From Chiloscyllium plagiosum (Eukaryota), in contig NC_057728.1 in the NCBI RefSeq assembly GCF_004010195.1, forward strand, positions 44,644,279 to 44,708,278: 64,000 bases of DNA, read 5' to 3'. The translations under genes were made by a program, and so were the position numbers. This document shows, piece by piece, positions 24,715 to 38,412 of the stretch (positions within the stretch are counted from its first letter, which is position 1; the number at the start of each line of letters is the position of its first letter). The notes under the pieces were generated by a model. It saw only the letters and a program-made list of their open reading frames with translations. It had not been told where the DNA came from and ran no database searches.

Positions 24715-25980
24715 TATTTACATAACACCTGCCTAACAATCATCCTGAGATACCTCTTACGAGGCAAAAATATCAAGTCACAAAAGATATTAGAAGGAGT
24801 GTTCAAAAGAGGAGAGTTTTTAAGAAGTGTTTAAAGGAGGTAGGGGGTTATAGGCAGTGATACTTAGGTGACTGGTGACATGGTCACCATTAATGGGGCA
24901 AAGGGTGGAAAGATGTTCAGAGTTAAAGGGGCAGAGTTTTTTCCTCAGAGTGGACTGTATGTTTAAGGCTGCTTAGGATTATTAAGATTAGGTAGTCAGA
25001 TTTTGCGGTCTTAAAAACTGGTATAATAATTTAAAATTTGAGGTACTGGGAACAAATGTAGGTGTACAAAAATAAGTATGAGGTGTTTGTGTGAAAGGAT
25101 ACAGACATATGGGTTTGGAATAAGCTTTCAGGACTATGGAAATGGGAATCAGTCCAGGAAGGCCTTGGCACAAACAATTCTGAAAGTGACAAAAATGTGA
25201 ATGAGGATTTCACTGATCAGAGTTGATGGTACACAGCAGGTTGGATCCGAGACTCAGTTCAAGGTGGAATATAATACCAAGACCATGAAAAGTCTGACAC
25301 AAAGTTTGGGAACATCAAATAGAAAAGTGGCAAGTACATATAGTACATTGCATTAAGCGAATTCCAATGTTTTGGCCTTCCCATGTTTAATGAAAAGACC
25401 TTAAGTTTCATGTAAGATAGATATTTCTTCAGGCAGCTTGACACCATGCACTCAATATAGGGATCAGCTGAGGTACTGGAGAAGTAGGGCTACATATAAC
25501 TACACAAACTTGGAAGCTGAACTAATACTGACTAATGATATGTCAAATCACAACATGTAGATAAGGAGGAGAAAGAAGCTAAAGATGAATCCTTGAAGAG
25601 CTCCAGCGATAACACTGTAGGGTGGCAACATACGCTATATTTAAAGGTGGTTTTGGTTGTGAATGGGTAAGTAAGAGTTGAACCAAACCATTGAGCTTGA
25701 AACAAGAGTGAAGTGCTGAAGGAGAATGGCATATTTATCAATGTTAAAAACTGCAAAGAATGGAGCTCTGCAGGGATTATGCACTTGGCAAAGTTCCTTC
25801 TCACCCACAGAGCAATGTGGAAGTTCCTGTGCAAGCTGAGCACTAGTCATTCCCTTTGAAGTTACAGTGAGGTCACACAAAAATAATTAATTACTGTCCC
25901 ACAGCAATATAAAAAAGGTATTATTGATTGCAATCATAGATGATATTATTTGTAATTTTGGCTCAGATTATTAATATGCT
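24715..25980 (-). mobile_element. Highly decayed L2-like LINE fragments
   Basis: 3' end layout like 17145 and 27640; purine-rich decayed ORF2-like sequence. Boundaries uncertain. Confidence 0.35.
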
Positions 25981-26014
25981 ATGGGAGGACTAAAATTTTA
26001 TTCAAGAGCTTTAT

Positions 26015-26155
26015 GTAGAATATGGAACAGTATGGCAGTGGAACAGGCCCTTGGGCCCACCATGTCCATGCCAACCAAAATGCCATTCTAAACTAATTTC
26101 TTCCACCTGCATTTGTCGCATATCTCTCTATTCCCTATCTGTTCATGTGTCTGCA
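26015..26155 (-). mobile_element. CR1 3' tail fragment
   Basis: ggaacaggcccttgggcccaccatgtccatgccaacc resembles the CR1/HE1 tail. Confidence 0.6.
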
Positions 26156-27639
26156 TAATTCCTTCTATGTATTGCTATAATGCTTAGAAATATACAGAAG
26201 TTACAAGATCTAGCAGCTCTCAATGGCATGATTCAAGGGATCAATGTGAGCAGTCATCAAGTTAAGCCATCAACAACTAACCCATTCCTATAGAAGAGTC
26301 ATCTTTGGGTGATAATACAGTTTTACAGGAAGTTATGAAAAAGATTCTCACCAGTTTATGCAATGCACCTTTCTATTCTAGCTTACACCATTGGAAATAC
26401 AGACCATTACATTTAAGTCACATTGAAAATGAAGAAGTATAATATTCTGTTGACACTTAAGTGCATGGATTAATATTGTACAATAGAAATCTTTTGTTTT
26501 CTTTTCTTATTCACCACACCAACTGCTATGAAAAAGTCTTGCACACTTCAGGATGACATTTTTGCTTTCAATAAAACATATATAATTTGTGACAAGTTTT
26601 GCTTAGGATTTGTGATTGAAATGAGAAACGAGGGATCTTGGGGTGTTTTTAATGTTCTTTGTGCTGATGGTTGTAGTGTTTTTCCTATGGAGTATGACAG
26701 ATAGTGCTGTAACTGTAATCTTTACATAGAAAATCTGTTAAGCAGAACTAAATTATGGCACGTATAAGTTTTCCAGGCAGACTTCCAAATGCCTAACTTT
26801 GCAAAAATACAGTTAATCACAGTGAAAAATACTGGAATAAGAAAAACATGGGGTTGAATTATATTAAAAAAATGAAAGTGTCATAAATTCATAGCCCCTG
26901 AAGTACCTTACCTCTTCCTTTTGTACCCCCTCCCCTCCTGTGCTGCTTTCAACTATGGGTTACAAATCATGATCCGTTGATTAGGAGAGTAAGTCATGAC
27001 AAGGAAGAATGATCTATTCTTGCAAACACACTTTTAAGCAAATTTACAGCTGTGGTCTGCTATTATGAACTTTCTTTTTGGCAGCACACAATTGTTATTC
27101 ATTGTTTTTTGCAAGTAACAACCTCAGTTACAGTTTTCAGAGAGGATCTTTGAAAATTACAGTGGTCAGAGGACAAAAACATAAAATTTTCAATGCACGA
27201 ATGAGACATTCTTCTCAAATAAATGAACAACTTTCATTCCAGTTTACATGTGTCTGGTGAATTGTAAGAAATTGGATAGAACAATTCTCTTTTTATTAAG
27301 TCAGCTTGACTGGCTTTAAAAATAACTTTACTTAATTTTGCAAAAATTAGAAGTTAGAACATTTTGGGTAAACTGTTTGAGTCTTTTATAATGTGTTATG
27401 CTTTAATAATAGCACATTCAATGGATAATATTCATATAATTCCAGTCAGACTTAATGATTGTTGTAGAAATTATACGATTTTACTTTAACCCGATGAACC
27501 AAACACTGCTATTGTTATATCATCCACCCACAACAACGCTTTCCCTTCTTGAGTGAGCTTGTGTATTTTAGAGTATTCAAAACCATTAATAGATTTGCAG
27601 ATACATAAGACAAGAACTTATTCTGTGTTCACATAACAA

Positions 27640-28190
27640 CAGAAACTTGTGGTTGTGCATCACCTTTAAAGTAATAAAACTTGAAAAGGTGTTTCACAGT
27701 AATGTTGTAAAGCAATATTTAACAATAAGGTGTTAATTAGGAGAGATGACCAAAAACCTGGCCAGAGATGTAGGTTTTACAGACCATTAAAGGAGGAAAA
27801 ATAGCTGAAGAGTTTTAGGGAGAGAATTTTGAAACTTAGAGCCTGGGCCTAGGCAGCTGAAGGCACAGTCACCAGTCATGAAGCAATTAAAACTGGGGAT
27901 ACTTCAAGAAGCCAACATTCAGAGAGCACAGATATAATGGAGGATTGTGGGACTGGAGGAGATTACAGAGATAAGGAGGGGCAAAGTTATGAAAGGATTA
28001 AAGACTTTTAAAACAGACTAGAAATGCTCATTAAATTTTACAGTAGAGGTGCTGTTTGACCAGAGACTACTGCAGGTCAACAAGCACAGGGCGTAATTGG
28101 AACTTGCAGTGAGTAGGAACACAGTCAGCAAAGTTTTGGATAACCTCAATCTTATGGTAGTTAAATTGTCGGAGACTTTCCAACAGTCTG
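27640..28190 (-). mobile_element. Ancient L2-like LINE 3' portion
   Basis: Similar to 17145-17410 (gagttttagggagagaattttgaaacttag...ggcagctgaaggcacag...ggctggaggagattacagagataagg-like run). Confidence 0.5.
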
Positions 28191-29519
28191 AGGAGGGGGA
28201 AACTAACTGCTTTATTTTTAACCCCCTTTTGGTTCGTCACATTAATTTTTTTTCTAACACACAGCTTCCACACTTCAATCAAAAAATATAGCTTGGTAAA
28301 AATGAAGGAGCCCATTTGCTGGTTTTCTTGAGGAAAGGAATGAAGAAAAAATAATAAAATACGATATCGACCACATCAAGCAAACATGTTTAAAACAGCT
28401 GTTGAAGTACAGTGCAATACATATTCAGGAGTCTAGCTCCATTGTCTTTCAAAGTTTGCTAAATGACAAGTGATCTTTTTATTGTCACTTTAAGTGAAAT
28501 GATCATAAATATCTGACTTAAATAGGACATCAGAATTTGTTGCTAGTTACTCATCTCCTTAGTTTTGATGTCTTTAGATAGAAATGTTAATTTCAGTGCA
28601 GACTTCTTTGCTTATTCCATATGGAAATTTGTTTTAATCTATGGCAGGTGATCACTGCAGCCACCTGGGTCCATGTTTCTTCTTTTAAAAATTCTATTTA
28701 GTCCAGGAAGGGTCTCCAGAATAACAATCAGCTTTTGGAAGTTAAATGGCTACATTTTACCAGAAATTGGCTAAGTGTCATTTTGGTGAATTTCAAGGAG
28801 GGTTTCTCTCCATAAGCCCTAGTGAGATTTCTTATGCATTTTTTGGAAACTTGCCACATTATCTTTACACCATGTCTCTGCAGTACTTATTCTGTCCAAG
28901 TTGCTTTTCACCATAGATGGAATATAATTCATCATGGGAGGGGAACAAAATGGAAATGCTTCTGAGGGTACACAGTTGTCAGGCTGACTCTTCATTGCAA
29001 TTACAGATGCACATTGGTAAATGTATTGTAATTTAAGAACAAAGCTACACAGTTTGCTCAACCTCCATGAAGGCCTTTATCCCATCATCAAGTCACCTTT
29101 TACTTACACGTGCATAGTAAGACACTGACCCAGCTAGCTCAAAGCCAGCTCCTAGAGTGACTAGAACCTCTGACAAACCTATTTATATCTATCAGCCAGG
29201 GCTCCCAGATTGGACCAGGTTAATAGCCCTAGTCAGGAAACTCATATTCACCTGGCTGACTTATTCCAAACATTACACATAGTGTCATTCCGTCTCAAAA
29301 ATATTTTTCAGGGAATGCAGTTTTTCCCCAATGCCCAGTGCAGCCAAACATCTTCTCATTGCTCAACGTGGGATCATTACAAACAGGAAATCCTCCAAAT
29401 GATTTATACCTCTCACTTTTATTCAGCAACAGCAGAAGCAAAGGACAAAATAACAATTGCATTTGCTTCTGAGAACAGACAGAAACTGTTTGCCTTTAAA
29501 GTAATGTAATGTACTGTAA

Positions 29520-30885
29520 TATAACACCCCGTTTAGGAGGGGAGAAAGGCAGAAGACAGGAAATTATATGCTGGTTAGCTTGACCTCGGTCATTGGTAAG
29601 ATTTCAGAACCCAATATTAGGGATGAGATTGTTGTGTAATTGGAAGATCATGGTAAAATAAGGCTGAGTCAGCATGGTTTTGTCAAGAGGAGATCACACC
29701 TGACAAATCTGTTAGAATTTTTTGAGGAGGTAACAAGCAAGTTAGACAAAGGAGAGCCAGCGAACATGATTTATTTGGATTTTCAGAAGGCCTTTGACAT
29801 TGTGTCATACAAGATGCTGATAAATAAGATAAGCATCCATGGTGTTATGGACAAGGTTTCTGGCATGGATAGAGGGTTGGCTGACTGGCAGATGGCAAAC
29901 AGTACGAGTAAAGGGGTCTTATCCAGGAAGGCAGTTGTGACTAAATTGTGACTAGTTGAATTCCACATTGGTGACCACAACTATTCACATTAACATTAAC
30001 GATCAAAGGAATTGAGGACATTGTTGCTCAGTTTGCAATTGACATAAAGATAGTTGGAGGGACAGGCCATGCAAAGGAAGTAGGGAGGTTGCAGAAGGAT
30101 TTGACATGCTAGACAAATGGGCAAATGGACTACAATGTGGGAAACTGTGAGGTTACACATTTGGTAGGAAGAATAGAGGTGTAGACTATTTTCTAAATGG
30201 GAAAGGCTTCAGAAATCTGAAGCACAAAGGTCCTAGTTCAGAAATCTGTTAAGGTTAACATGCAATTTCGTTTAGCAGTGAGTAAAGCAAAATGAAGTGT
30301 TGACATTCATTTCAACAGAGCTAGAATACAAGAGCAGAAATACACTGCTGAGGCTATATATGGCTCTGGTCAGACTGCACTCGGAATATTGTGAGCAGTT
30401 TTGGGCTCTGTGTCTAAGGAAGGATGTGCTAGCACTGGAGTCAGTCCAGAAGGTTGACAAGAATGATCCCTGGGGTGAAAGGCTTGTCATATGAGGAGCG
30501 ATTTAGGATTCTAGGCCTGTACTTGAAGGTGTTTAGAAGGATGAGGGGGGGGGAATCTCATTGAAATTTACAAAATACTGAGAGACTTGGATAGATGGAT
30601 ATGGAGAGGATGTTTCCACTATTGGGAGAAACTAGGACCCAAGAGCACAGCCTCAGAGTGAAGGGGCAAATCTTTATAACTAAAACAAGGAGGAATTTCT
30701 TCAGTCAGAAGGTGGTTAAACTGTGGAACTCATTGCTGCCGAGAGTTGTGGAGATAGATAATTGTGTATACTGAAAAAAAAGATAGATAATTTTTGATTG
30801 TTAAGGGGATCAAGGGTTCCAGGGAGAACTAGGAGAATTGAGTTGACAAACATATCAGTTAGTCATGACTGAATAGTGGAATTGA
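29520..30885 (+). mobile_element. Older CR1 subfamily, RT to 3' end, decayed
   Basis: SQHGFVKRRSHLTNLLEFFEEVT, IYLDFQKAFD, LYMALVRLHSEYCEQFW. Confidence 0.9.
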
Positions 30886-30972
30886 ATCTTGAGAGAGAAA
30901 TTGTGTGAGTGTGAGTGAGTATGTGTGTGTGTTCACCTTCATTGACTGATTTTGTTTCATACTAAATCATTA

Positions 30973-31335
30973 ATTAGGTTAGATTAGATTACTTACAGTG
31001 TGGAAATAGGCCCTTCGGCCTAACAAGTCCACACCGACCCGGCAAAGCGCAACCCACCCAGACCCATTCCCCTACATTTACCCCTTCACCTAACACTACG
31101 GGCAATTTAGCATGGCCAATTCACCTAACCTGCACATTTTTGGATTGTGGGAGGAAACTGGAGCACCCGGAGGAAACCCACGCAGACACAGGGAGAATGT
31201 GCAAACTCCACACAGAGAGTCGCCTGACGTGGGAATTGAATCCGGGTCTCTGGCGCTGTGAGGCAGCAGTGGTAACCACTGTGCCACTGTGCTGCCCACT
31301 GCCACCATGCCACCCACTGCCACTGTGCCTCCCAC
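30973..31335 (-). mobile_element. HE1-type SINE with a triplicated 18-bp 5' head
   Basis: Full HE1 body and tail; 31282-31335 is three 18-bp units of the element's 5' start. Confidence 0.9.
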
Positions 31336-32720
31336 ATTTAATAATCTTCAATTACTAAAGAAATCTTGTTGACAGATCGTTTCATTCTTGATTTCATATA
31401 GAGAACATATGCCCAATTACCAATGTGGGCAATCGTAATGTATTTCAAAATTTATTTTGTGAGCTGTGGAGTAGTGAGACTAAAGTATGTTCCTCCTTCT
31501 AACTCAATTGTAACAGTACCATCAATATTTATCTTCTTATTTACATACTTGTTTGAGTGACAAGGGGACAAATCCCTCTTTTCTCTGCTACCCAGAGAAC
31601 TTTATTGCTACTGGCACAAACTCTCTGATAAAGGCAAATTTGGTCTAGAATTTGAAATTGATATGCAAGTTAAGACATCAGCGCTTTAGTGTTGATTCTA
31701 TTGTGATAAATACACTTGAAAACTGATGTTTAACTATATTTGTTTTTATTTCTGAACAATCAGACTTTTGCGCTTCAAAATTATAATTTTTTAACAACCC
31801 AAAATATATATATTACATACTGACTATCTCATATTTAGAGACTGCATTATTCTGTGCTATTAGTATTCAGAGCAATTAATTAATAGATTTGGCAATTTTG
31901 CATGCTATAACAAATTAAATATATTAAAATAAGTTGCATCCAGCTGCAAAAGGAAGATCTCTGGTATGTTTATATGGGCCATATTTTGTCCCCATATTTG
32001 GGTAAGAAGAAGAAGAAGCAGAAAGCTGGAAATTGCAGTGCAGCGTTCAGTACATCAATCTTATTGACAGCTGGCTTGCTTTAAAGTGCTCTTAAAAAGG
32101 GTGGGAATTGGATGGGAGTATTCCAAACAAAGCACAAATGGGGGTGCTAGGCCACAGGTAGGACTCAGATACAATTATAATATTTTCCAAGAAAGAGCAC
32201 CATTCTCAAAACTGCATTTGAATTGTTGAGCCAATGCTTGTTAACAAGACTGCTTCACTCTTTTCGGACAAGCTCTGTGACATGGAATTTTGTGAACTTA
32301 GGAGAAGCATGAGTGTTCATCTCAATCAAACAAAAACTTTCTACCTGCTACTAATCTCTCGATGTCCATCTTCCCCAGGATTATCTGCTCCCTCGAAGGT
32401 CCAATTTCCAGCTCAGTTCAGAGGAACAATCCAATTTTACACTTATTTCTGATCCTGCGACTATATATTGGTGGACTGCACATCACCAAATATTCAATGC
32501 TAATAGCTCATCAAAACTCTCCTAAGGGACTTGTCATGAAAATTAAATAAATTTTGCAAAAACTGACTAAATTGGTTAAACAGTTCTCTCTAGGAGGAAG
32601 CATGAAAACAATTTTAAGCAATAACTGAAAAGAAAAGGTTCCATCAAGTTTTTGAGATGTTTTTAGCAATGTCTTGGGTTTCCCCTTTCTTACCTGTTGA
32701 TAAATATTGTTGAATCTTAT

Positions 32721-33046
32721 GGCATGGTGGCTCAGTGGCTGGCACTGCTGACTCACAGCACCTGGGACACAGATTCAATTCCAGCCTTGGGGTGACTGTC
32801 TATGTAGAGTTTGTACATTTTCCCCGTGTCTCCTCTGGGTGCTCTGGTTTCTTCCCACAGTTTAAAGATGTGCACATTAGGTAGATTGGCCATTGTGTCC
32901 AGTGATGTTTAAAATTAGATGGATTAGTTGTGGGACATGAAGGGATAGAGTAGTGGGGATGAGTCTGGGTGGGATACTCTTCAGAGAGTCAGTGTGGACA
33001 TTTTGAGTCGAATGGCCTGTTTCCACACTGTAGGGATGTATATGAT
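32721..33046 (+). mobile_element. HE1-type SINE, diverged
   Basis: GGCATGGTGGCTCAGTGG head, GATTCAATTCC B box, tail GGCCTGTTTCCACACTGTAGGGAT. Confidence 0.85.
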
Positions 33047-34417
33047 GCATTGATAGACAGTCCCTTCCAATGCAATGGGATAAAAGCAGATGAAAATAAT
33101 ATCATTGATGTTTCTAAAAAGACATAAGATGTCTCTAAAATTTGAAAAATGATGCCAAAGAATAATCCAAGGGCAGCACCCTATTCTCGTGAATAATAAT
33201 TAATCTTTCATTTCAGCTTGCATTCATTGAGTATCATTGAAGACAATGACATTGCGAACAGTACGTACATTTTTTCACAATGACTATTCCAGGATTAATG
33301 CAGGAATTTATTTTATAAAACCACGTTGAAGGACAAACTCGCCACTACAGAATGGCAAAATGCTGCCAAGGTCGGAAACAGAAACATAGGAAACAATTTT
33401 ATTTAGGAAGTTGTGATTTGTCCACGCAAAGCTTGAGTTTTGATGGTTGAAGCAGGACAGAATGATTGAGAGAAGCAAGGCATTCCCCATTAGTTAATCT
33501 GGAGAAAATGAGAGGCAGAGTAAAAAGCTGTGAAAGTAAATCTCAGTTTCATTCACAATAAGAATTCAGGTAGGCAGAAAAAAATGATTGGACAATATTC
33601 AGGAAAATGTGGAAAAATAAATGCAAAGCCCTGCAGTGATAATATTGTTGAAATATGAAGTAATAAGATAGATTGGAGCCAACCAGTGAAAAGAGATTAT
33701 CTATCAGCTGCAAACTTTGTCTCATTTCCTCGACAAGGGTGTAAAAGAGGGTTTTAAAAATTACACATCAAGTTTGTATTAAAGTATTTGACAGAACTGT
33801 GTTTATTCAGAGTGAAGTGTTGAAATACAGCTGTAGCAGCTCATATTGCTGACATAAACATGGCGACAAGCCTTAACTACTAATGTCTTTTGTAATGTTT
33901 TTTGGAGATGATGATGTGGTTGACTAAAAGTTGGCCATGTCTACAATGTTACAAATTGGAGAATAAAGAGCTGAGAGAAGACATTGTTCAAACCAGAATG
34001 TAGATACAGCATGAAATGGCTAATTTACTTGGACATCAAGTATACAGATGCACAAAAACTGGAAACAAATATAGAATTACCACATGTTTGGGTTAATCAG
34101 TGCTTTGCAATTCCAAGAACCCAAAGTTATGATGGTATTTAGTATCACTGTGGAATTATTACATTTTCTGTCTACAGTTTATCCCATTGTACATCGAGCA
34201 TTGGTTTAAAAATAAAGGCACAGCTGGTGCATCTAACCAAAACTTCCATTTGCAGTTGTGGTTGAACTATATCAAGATTTGCCAGACCTCAAAGTCCTCT
34301 ATATCTTCCATGAATAGCCCCAGCATCATGCCACTAGTAAAAACAACCCTGACTTATTTTCTCCTTGACCCTTTGATCTTCTTTCCCTGAAAACTGACAT
34401 TTTCAAAGATGTTTCTG

Positions 34418-34769
34418 GGGTGGCACGGTGGCTCAGTGGTTAGCACTGCTGCCTCACAGCACTAGGGACCTTGGTTTGACTCCAATCTCTGCTAACTGTT
34501 TGTGTGGAGTTTGCACAATCTCTCCTTGTCTACGTGGGTTTCCTCCGGGTGCTCCGGTTTCTTTCCACCATCCAAAGATGTCCAGGTTAGGTGAATTGTC
34601 CATGCTAAATTATCCATGGTGTGTGGATTAGGTGCATTAGTCAGGGGAAATGTAAAGTAATAGGGTAGACGAGGGGAATGGGTTAGGGTGGGTTGCTCTT
34701 CGGATAGTTGGTGTGGACCTGTTGGGCCAAATGGCCTGTTTCCACACTGTAGAGATTCTATGATTCTAT
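34418..34769 (+). mobile_element. HE1-type SINE, full length
   Basis: GGGTGGCACGGTGGCTCAGTGGTTAGC head; tail TTTCCACACTGTAGAGATTCTATGATTCTAT. Confidence 0.9.
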
Positions 34770-34771
34770 AG

Positions 34772-34946
34772 TATGATTTTGAGGTAGTGTTAGCTCCTAC
34801 ATGGCCCAATGGAGAGAAATGCCCAATAGTATTTGCATCCAGGACTTTGGTAATGCATAGCATAAATATGCCCAGATGGAGAAGGGAGGTCTGGCGGTCT
34901 ATGTGGAGTCAGGAAGTTCCACAAATACCTTTATGGATGTAAATTT
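34772..34946 (+). mobile_element. Ty3/Gypsy retrotransposon RNase H fragment
   Basis: With two frameshifts it translates to VVLAPTWPNGEKCPIVFASRTL / NA*HKYAQMEKGGLAV / GVRKFHKYLYGCKF, matching the Gypsy PIAFASRTL...YAQIEKE.LA...GV.KFH.YLYG pattern. Confidence 0.8.
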
Positions 34947-34950
34947 GTTT

Positions 34951-35125
34951 GGTGAATTGGTCATGCTAAATCGCCCATAGTGCTCAGCGATGGGTAGGCT
35001 AAATGCATTGGTCAGGGGTAAATGTAGAGTAATGGGGAATGGGCTTGGGTGGGATACTCTTCAGAGGGTCAATGTGGACTTGTTGGGCCGAAGGCCTGTT
35101 TCCATACTGTAAGGATTCTATTCTA
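34951..35125 (+). mobile_element. HE1-type SINE, 3' half
   Basis: ggtgaattggtcatgctaaatcgcccatag...gggccgaaggcctgtttccatactgtaaggattctattcta. Confidence 0.85.
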
Positions 35126-36425
35126 TTAAAACATGAAGGCCTTCCATTTAGCTGCTTCCCCAGCACCACTTCCCCTTGTCCAACAGGGAAATCCACTCCT
35201 CTCTCTAAACCATGTATTCCTATCTCACATGCATTTTCCTCTTCCATACTTTCTTCAAGCTCATGTCATCCATGAGATCCACTTTCTGTTCTGGTGAACC
35301 CATTCCCATTAAATTCTCACCACTCAACATCTCTCCTGGTATCCCAAACTTAGTCAACATTGTATTCTCTCACTTTCAAACTGCTGTTATTGTATTTAAC
35401 TTCCATTTGTCAACATCTCTGTCCTTGATATTATCATCAGATATGCTTTCCTCATCACAGTCCTTAATATTTTGTGGCCTTCCAAATCCTTATTCATCTC
35501 ACCTCCTTGAATCTGTCCAGTCAGGTTTCTGTAAATTCGCATAGCACCAAATGGTTCAAAACAAAGGGCACATAAAATATTTTGACTGTTGGCAGGCATA
35601 TGTATCTTGATATCACTGTAGTTTTCTTTTGACATTAGAACCCAATGTTCTTCTGCTGTTGTTGAACTTAGTGAAACTAGCTTAGTTTGGCTCCACTTGT
35701 TGCAATTCACTTTTAGTCACTCCATCCAACAATGGTTTTCCTTTCCGTCCATGTACGACTGGAGTTTCCTGTGGATCTGTATCTGTGTTTCACCTTTTGT
35801 CACTTACTTACTTCCTTCTTAGATTGGAAGTAGGGGTGTGGTGCAACTTGGAAATAAAGCTGCTTCCTAAATCACACCTCCTTTGGTCCAACATGGTTAT
35901 CGCACAGAACCAGGCTTTTCAACCTAATAGACCCAGGGCACTTTGCAGGAACTTAATTAAGCAAAGTTCAGCACTGACCCATGTACAGGAAAATCAGTAA
36001 AATTTGTAGGTGACAAATACTAGTCCAACTCATATTTTATACTTTAAAATGAAGTTCCAGCTTGACCAGTGCATTTATTCTCAAGTATTACTGTATTTTT
36101 ATCACTTGCTCCCAAAACAAAAGTGTTGCTTTCTATATCTACTACCCCATTTTACCAACACTTTCACTAACTAATATCTCTCCCATTTTGAATTGCCTAT
36201 CCCACTCAGGCAAACTTCAAAACAAATTTGAAACAGAAAGAAAATTCTTAATGCACACCTCTTTATCTCTATCTCTTCATCTGACTATGTTAATTGAATT
36301 CTGTTTCACTGATTTAAGCAATAATAAGCAAATGCCTAATGCTAATAGTTGTTTTTAATATTGTCAGAAAGTGTAGAGTGGTGTCCCTCAGGAACACTGC
36401 CCTTCATGAAAGTTATTAATTTTAT

Positions 36426-37159
36426 TGATGTAGGTTTGCTTGCTGAGCTGGATGGTTCATTTTCAGACATTTCATCACCATACTAGGTGACATAATCAGT
36501 GAGCCTCTGTTGAAGTGTTGGTGTTATGTCCTGCTTTCTATTTATGTGTTTTGGGTTTCCCTGAGTTGGTGATGTAATTTCCATTTTTTTTCTCAGAGAG
36601 TGGTAGATGGGGTCCAAATCAACATGTTTCTTGATTGAGTTCCAGTTGGAATGCAATGCTTCTAGGAATTATCAAGCATCTCTGTTTGGTTAGTTAGGAT
36701 GGATGTGTTTCCCAGTCAAAGTGGTGTCCTTCCTCATCCATATGTACATCAAATAACCACAAAAAGACATGACCCACGATCACTAGTATCCTTACATACA
36801 GATAAGGAAGGACACCACTTCGATATGGACAACACATCCATCCTAGGACAAGCCAAACAGAGACATACATGAGAATTCCTAGAAGCACAACATTCCAACC
36901 GGAACTCTATCAAGAAACACATCGATTTCGATCCCATCTACCACCCTCTGAGAAAACAAAATGGAAATGACATTACCAACCCAAGGAAACCCAAAACACA
37001 TAAATAGAAAGCAGGACATTACACCAATGTTTCATCCAGAGGCTCACTGATGATGTTATATAGTAGGGTGACAAAATGTCAGAAAATGAACCTTCCAGCT
37101 CAGCGAGCAAACTTACATCCAGAACCTCAATCTGAGCTACAAACCTTCTCAAAACTCTC
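36426..37159. mobile_element. Penelope-like element with inverted terminal repeat (about 320-bp arms), hammerhead motifs and 12-bp TSD (family P1)
   Basis: TSD TATTAATTTTAT at 36414-36425 and 37160-37171. The plus arm translates to KRHDPRSLVSLHTDKEGHHFDMDNTSILGQAKQRHT*EFLEA...INKHID-like text (PLE GIY-YIG C-terminus). CTGATGA at 37047. Confidence 0.85.
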
Positions 37160-38275
37160 TATTAATTTTATATTTAAAAGATTTTAGTATGGATACATAT
37201 TTCCAAGAAGGCGAAAAAAAAAACACTTGAAAATGTAGTAGAGCTGGGGAGGATGTAGGCTGGTGAAATGGTCAGACACTGACATCAAATTATAATTTAA
37301 GAATACTTGACACAATATTTAAGAAAGCATAATTGCAAAAGAAACTATATTTTCATCTCATATTAATCTTGATATGAGTGCAATGATGCTTAAAAAAAAC
37401 TTGGAAAAAAATTCTAAGAAGCATCCAAAATGATTGGTGTTTAAAATGATAGTCATGAATTATACTGATTTAAAAAATTGGTCTAAAGTCAGGAAATTTG
37501 CTTTGCTGCAAGTTTGCATGAAGGCCGAGCTACTGTGGTGAGCAACAGAGATGAGGAAATTGAGTAGAATATGAAAATGTGTAACAAATATCCAGTTCTC
37601 TTTGATGATTATTCACCAGAAATTGGCATTTTGTTACAATGTTGCCTTTTCTTGATGCAACTTAACAGGAAATGCAGAAGTTTATTTTACATTGTTTACA
37701 TGGTGAGAATTACTAATTGCAAATTGCAGTTGAGTGAATTCTTTGTAATGTTAGATGTACACATCAATTGTATGCCACACATTGACACATTTTACATTGG
37801 ATGCTATAGGCAAAGAAATTTTACATTGTTTAGTACTGATTAGCCTTTGCAATCCGTTAGCATGTCATGGTCAACATGTGCAACAACCTTAATGGTGTCA
37901 CTCCATAAAGGAGGTGCAAACAATTTGGCAGCTGTGACCATTTTAAAATCAAATTTGTTACCTTCAAAAGGCTCCTCTATTGTCCGATGCCCTCTGCCTC
38001 TGTCTTACTTCCTGAGTTGAATCTTACTTTATTTGGTGGAGCCTGAGTTGTGTTAAGTATTTTGGAGAGATTTCTGTCGTGAGGTCTAGTGAGTTTTCAC
38101 ACTGTATCTTAACATGCTCTCCTCAATGATTATCTACCTCACCCTTAATTCATCCCTTACTCTGATTCTAGCCTCACCTTCCAATGCACTGATCCCGGAA
38201 GAACTCTCATCCATTGCCCCCTTGCCTATATAGTCTGGAGCTGCTCGGTATGGTTCTTGACATCGCACATAGGGG

Positions 38276-38412
38276 GAAATTGTCACCTGCTCTGCAAGCA
38301 GGGATCTGGAGTTCCTGCTGGACAATGTTGAAAGTTCCTCTTTTAATAGCACCAGCAGTGATGGCAACAACTAGACCAAGACAGCTTTGGCTGATGTTGC
38401 CACCCAGTTTCC
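38276..38412 (+). mobile_element. Possible Harbinger-type Myb/SANT-like remnant
   Basis: One frame reads SRDLEFLLDNVE...TKTALADVATQF, resembling the ..DLE.LL..VE.....T..AW.EVA.. pattern. Short and decayed. Confidence 0.3.

Noticed and set aside
29027..29277. Possible solo LTR bounded by TGTAA...TTACA
   Set aside because: Only 5-bp inverted ends, with no TSD or second copy in the window; cannot be supported without a database search.
121..34631. Recurrent similar short ORFs (e.g. CTFSLCLRGFPPGAPVSSH, LLGCCLTCCAFPATHFQL) as a peptide gene family
   Set aside because: They are chance translations of HE1 SINE and H1 repeat copies.
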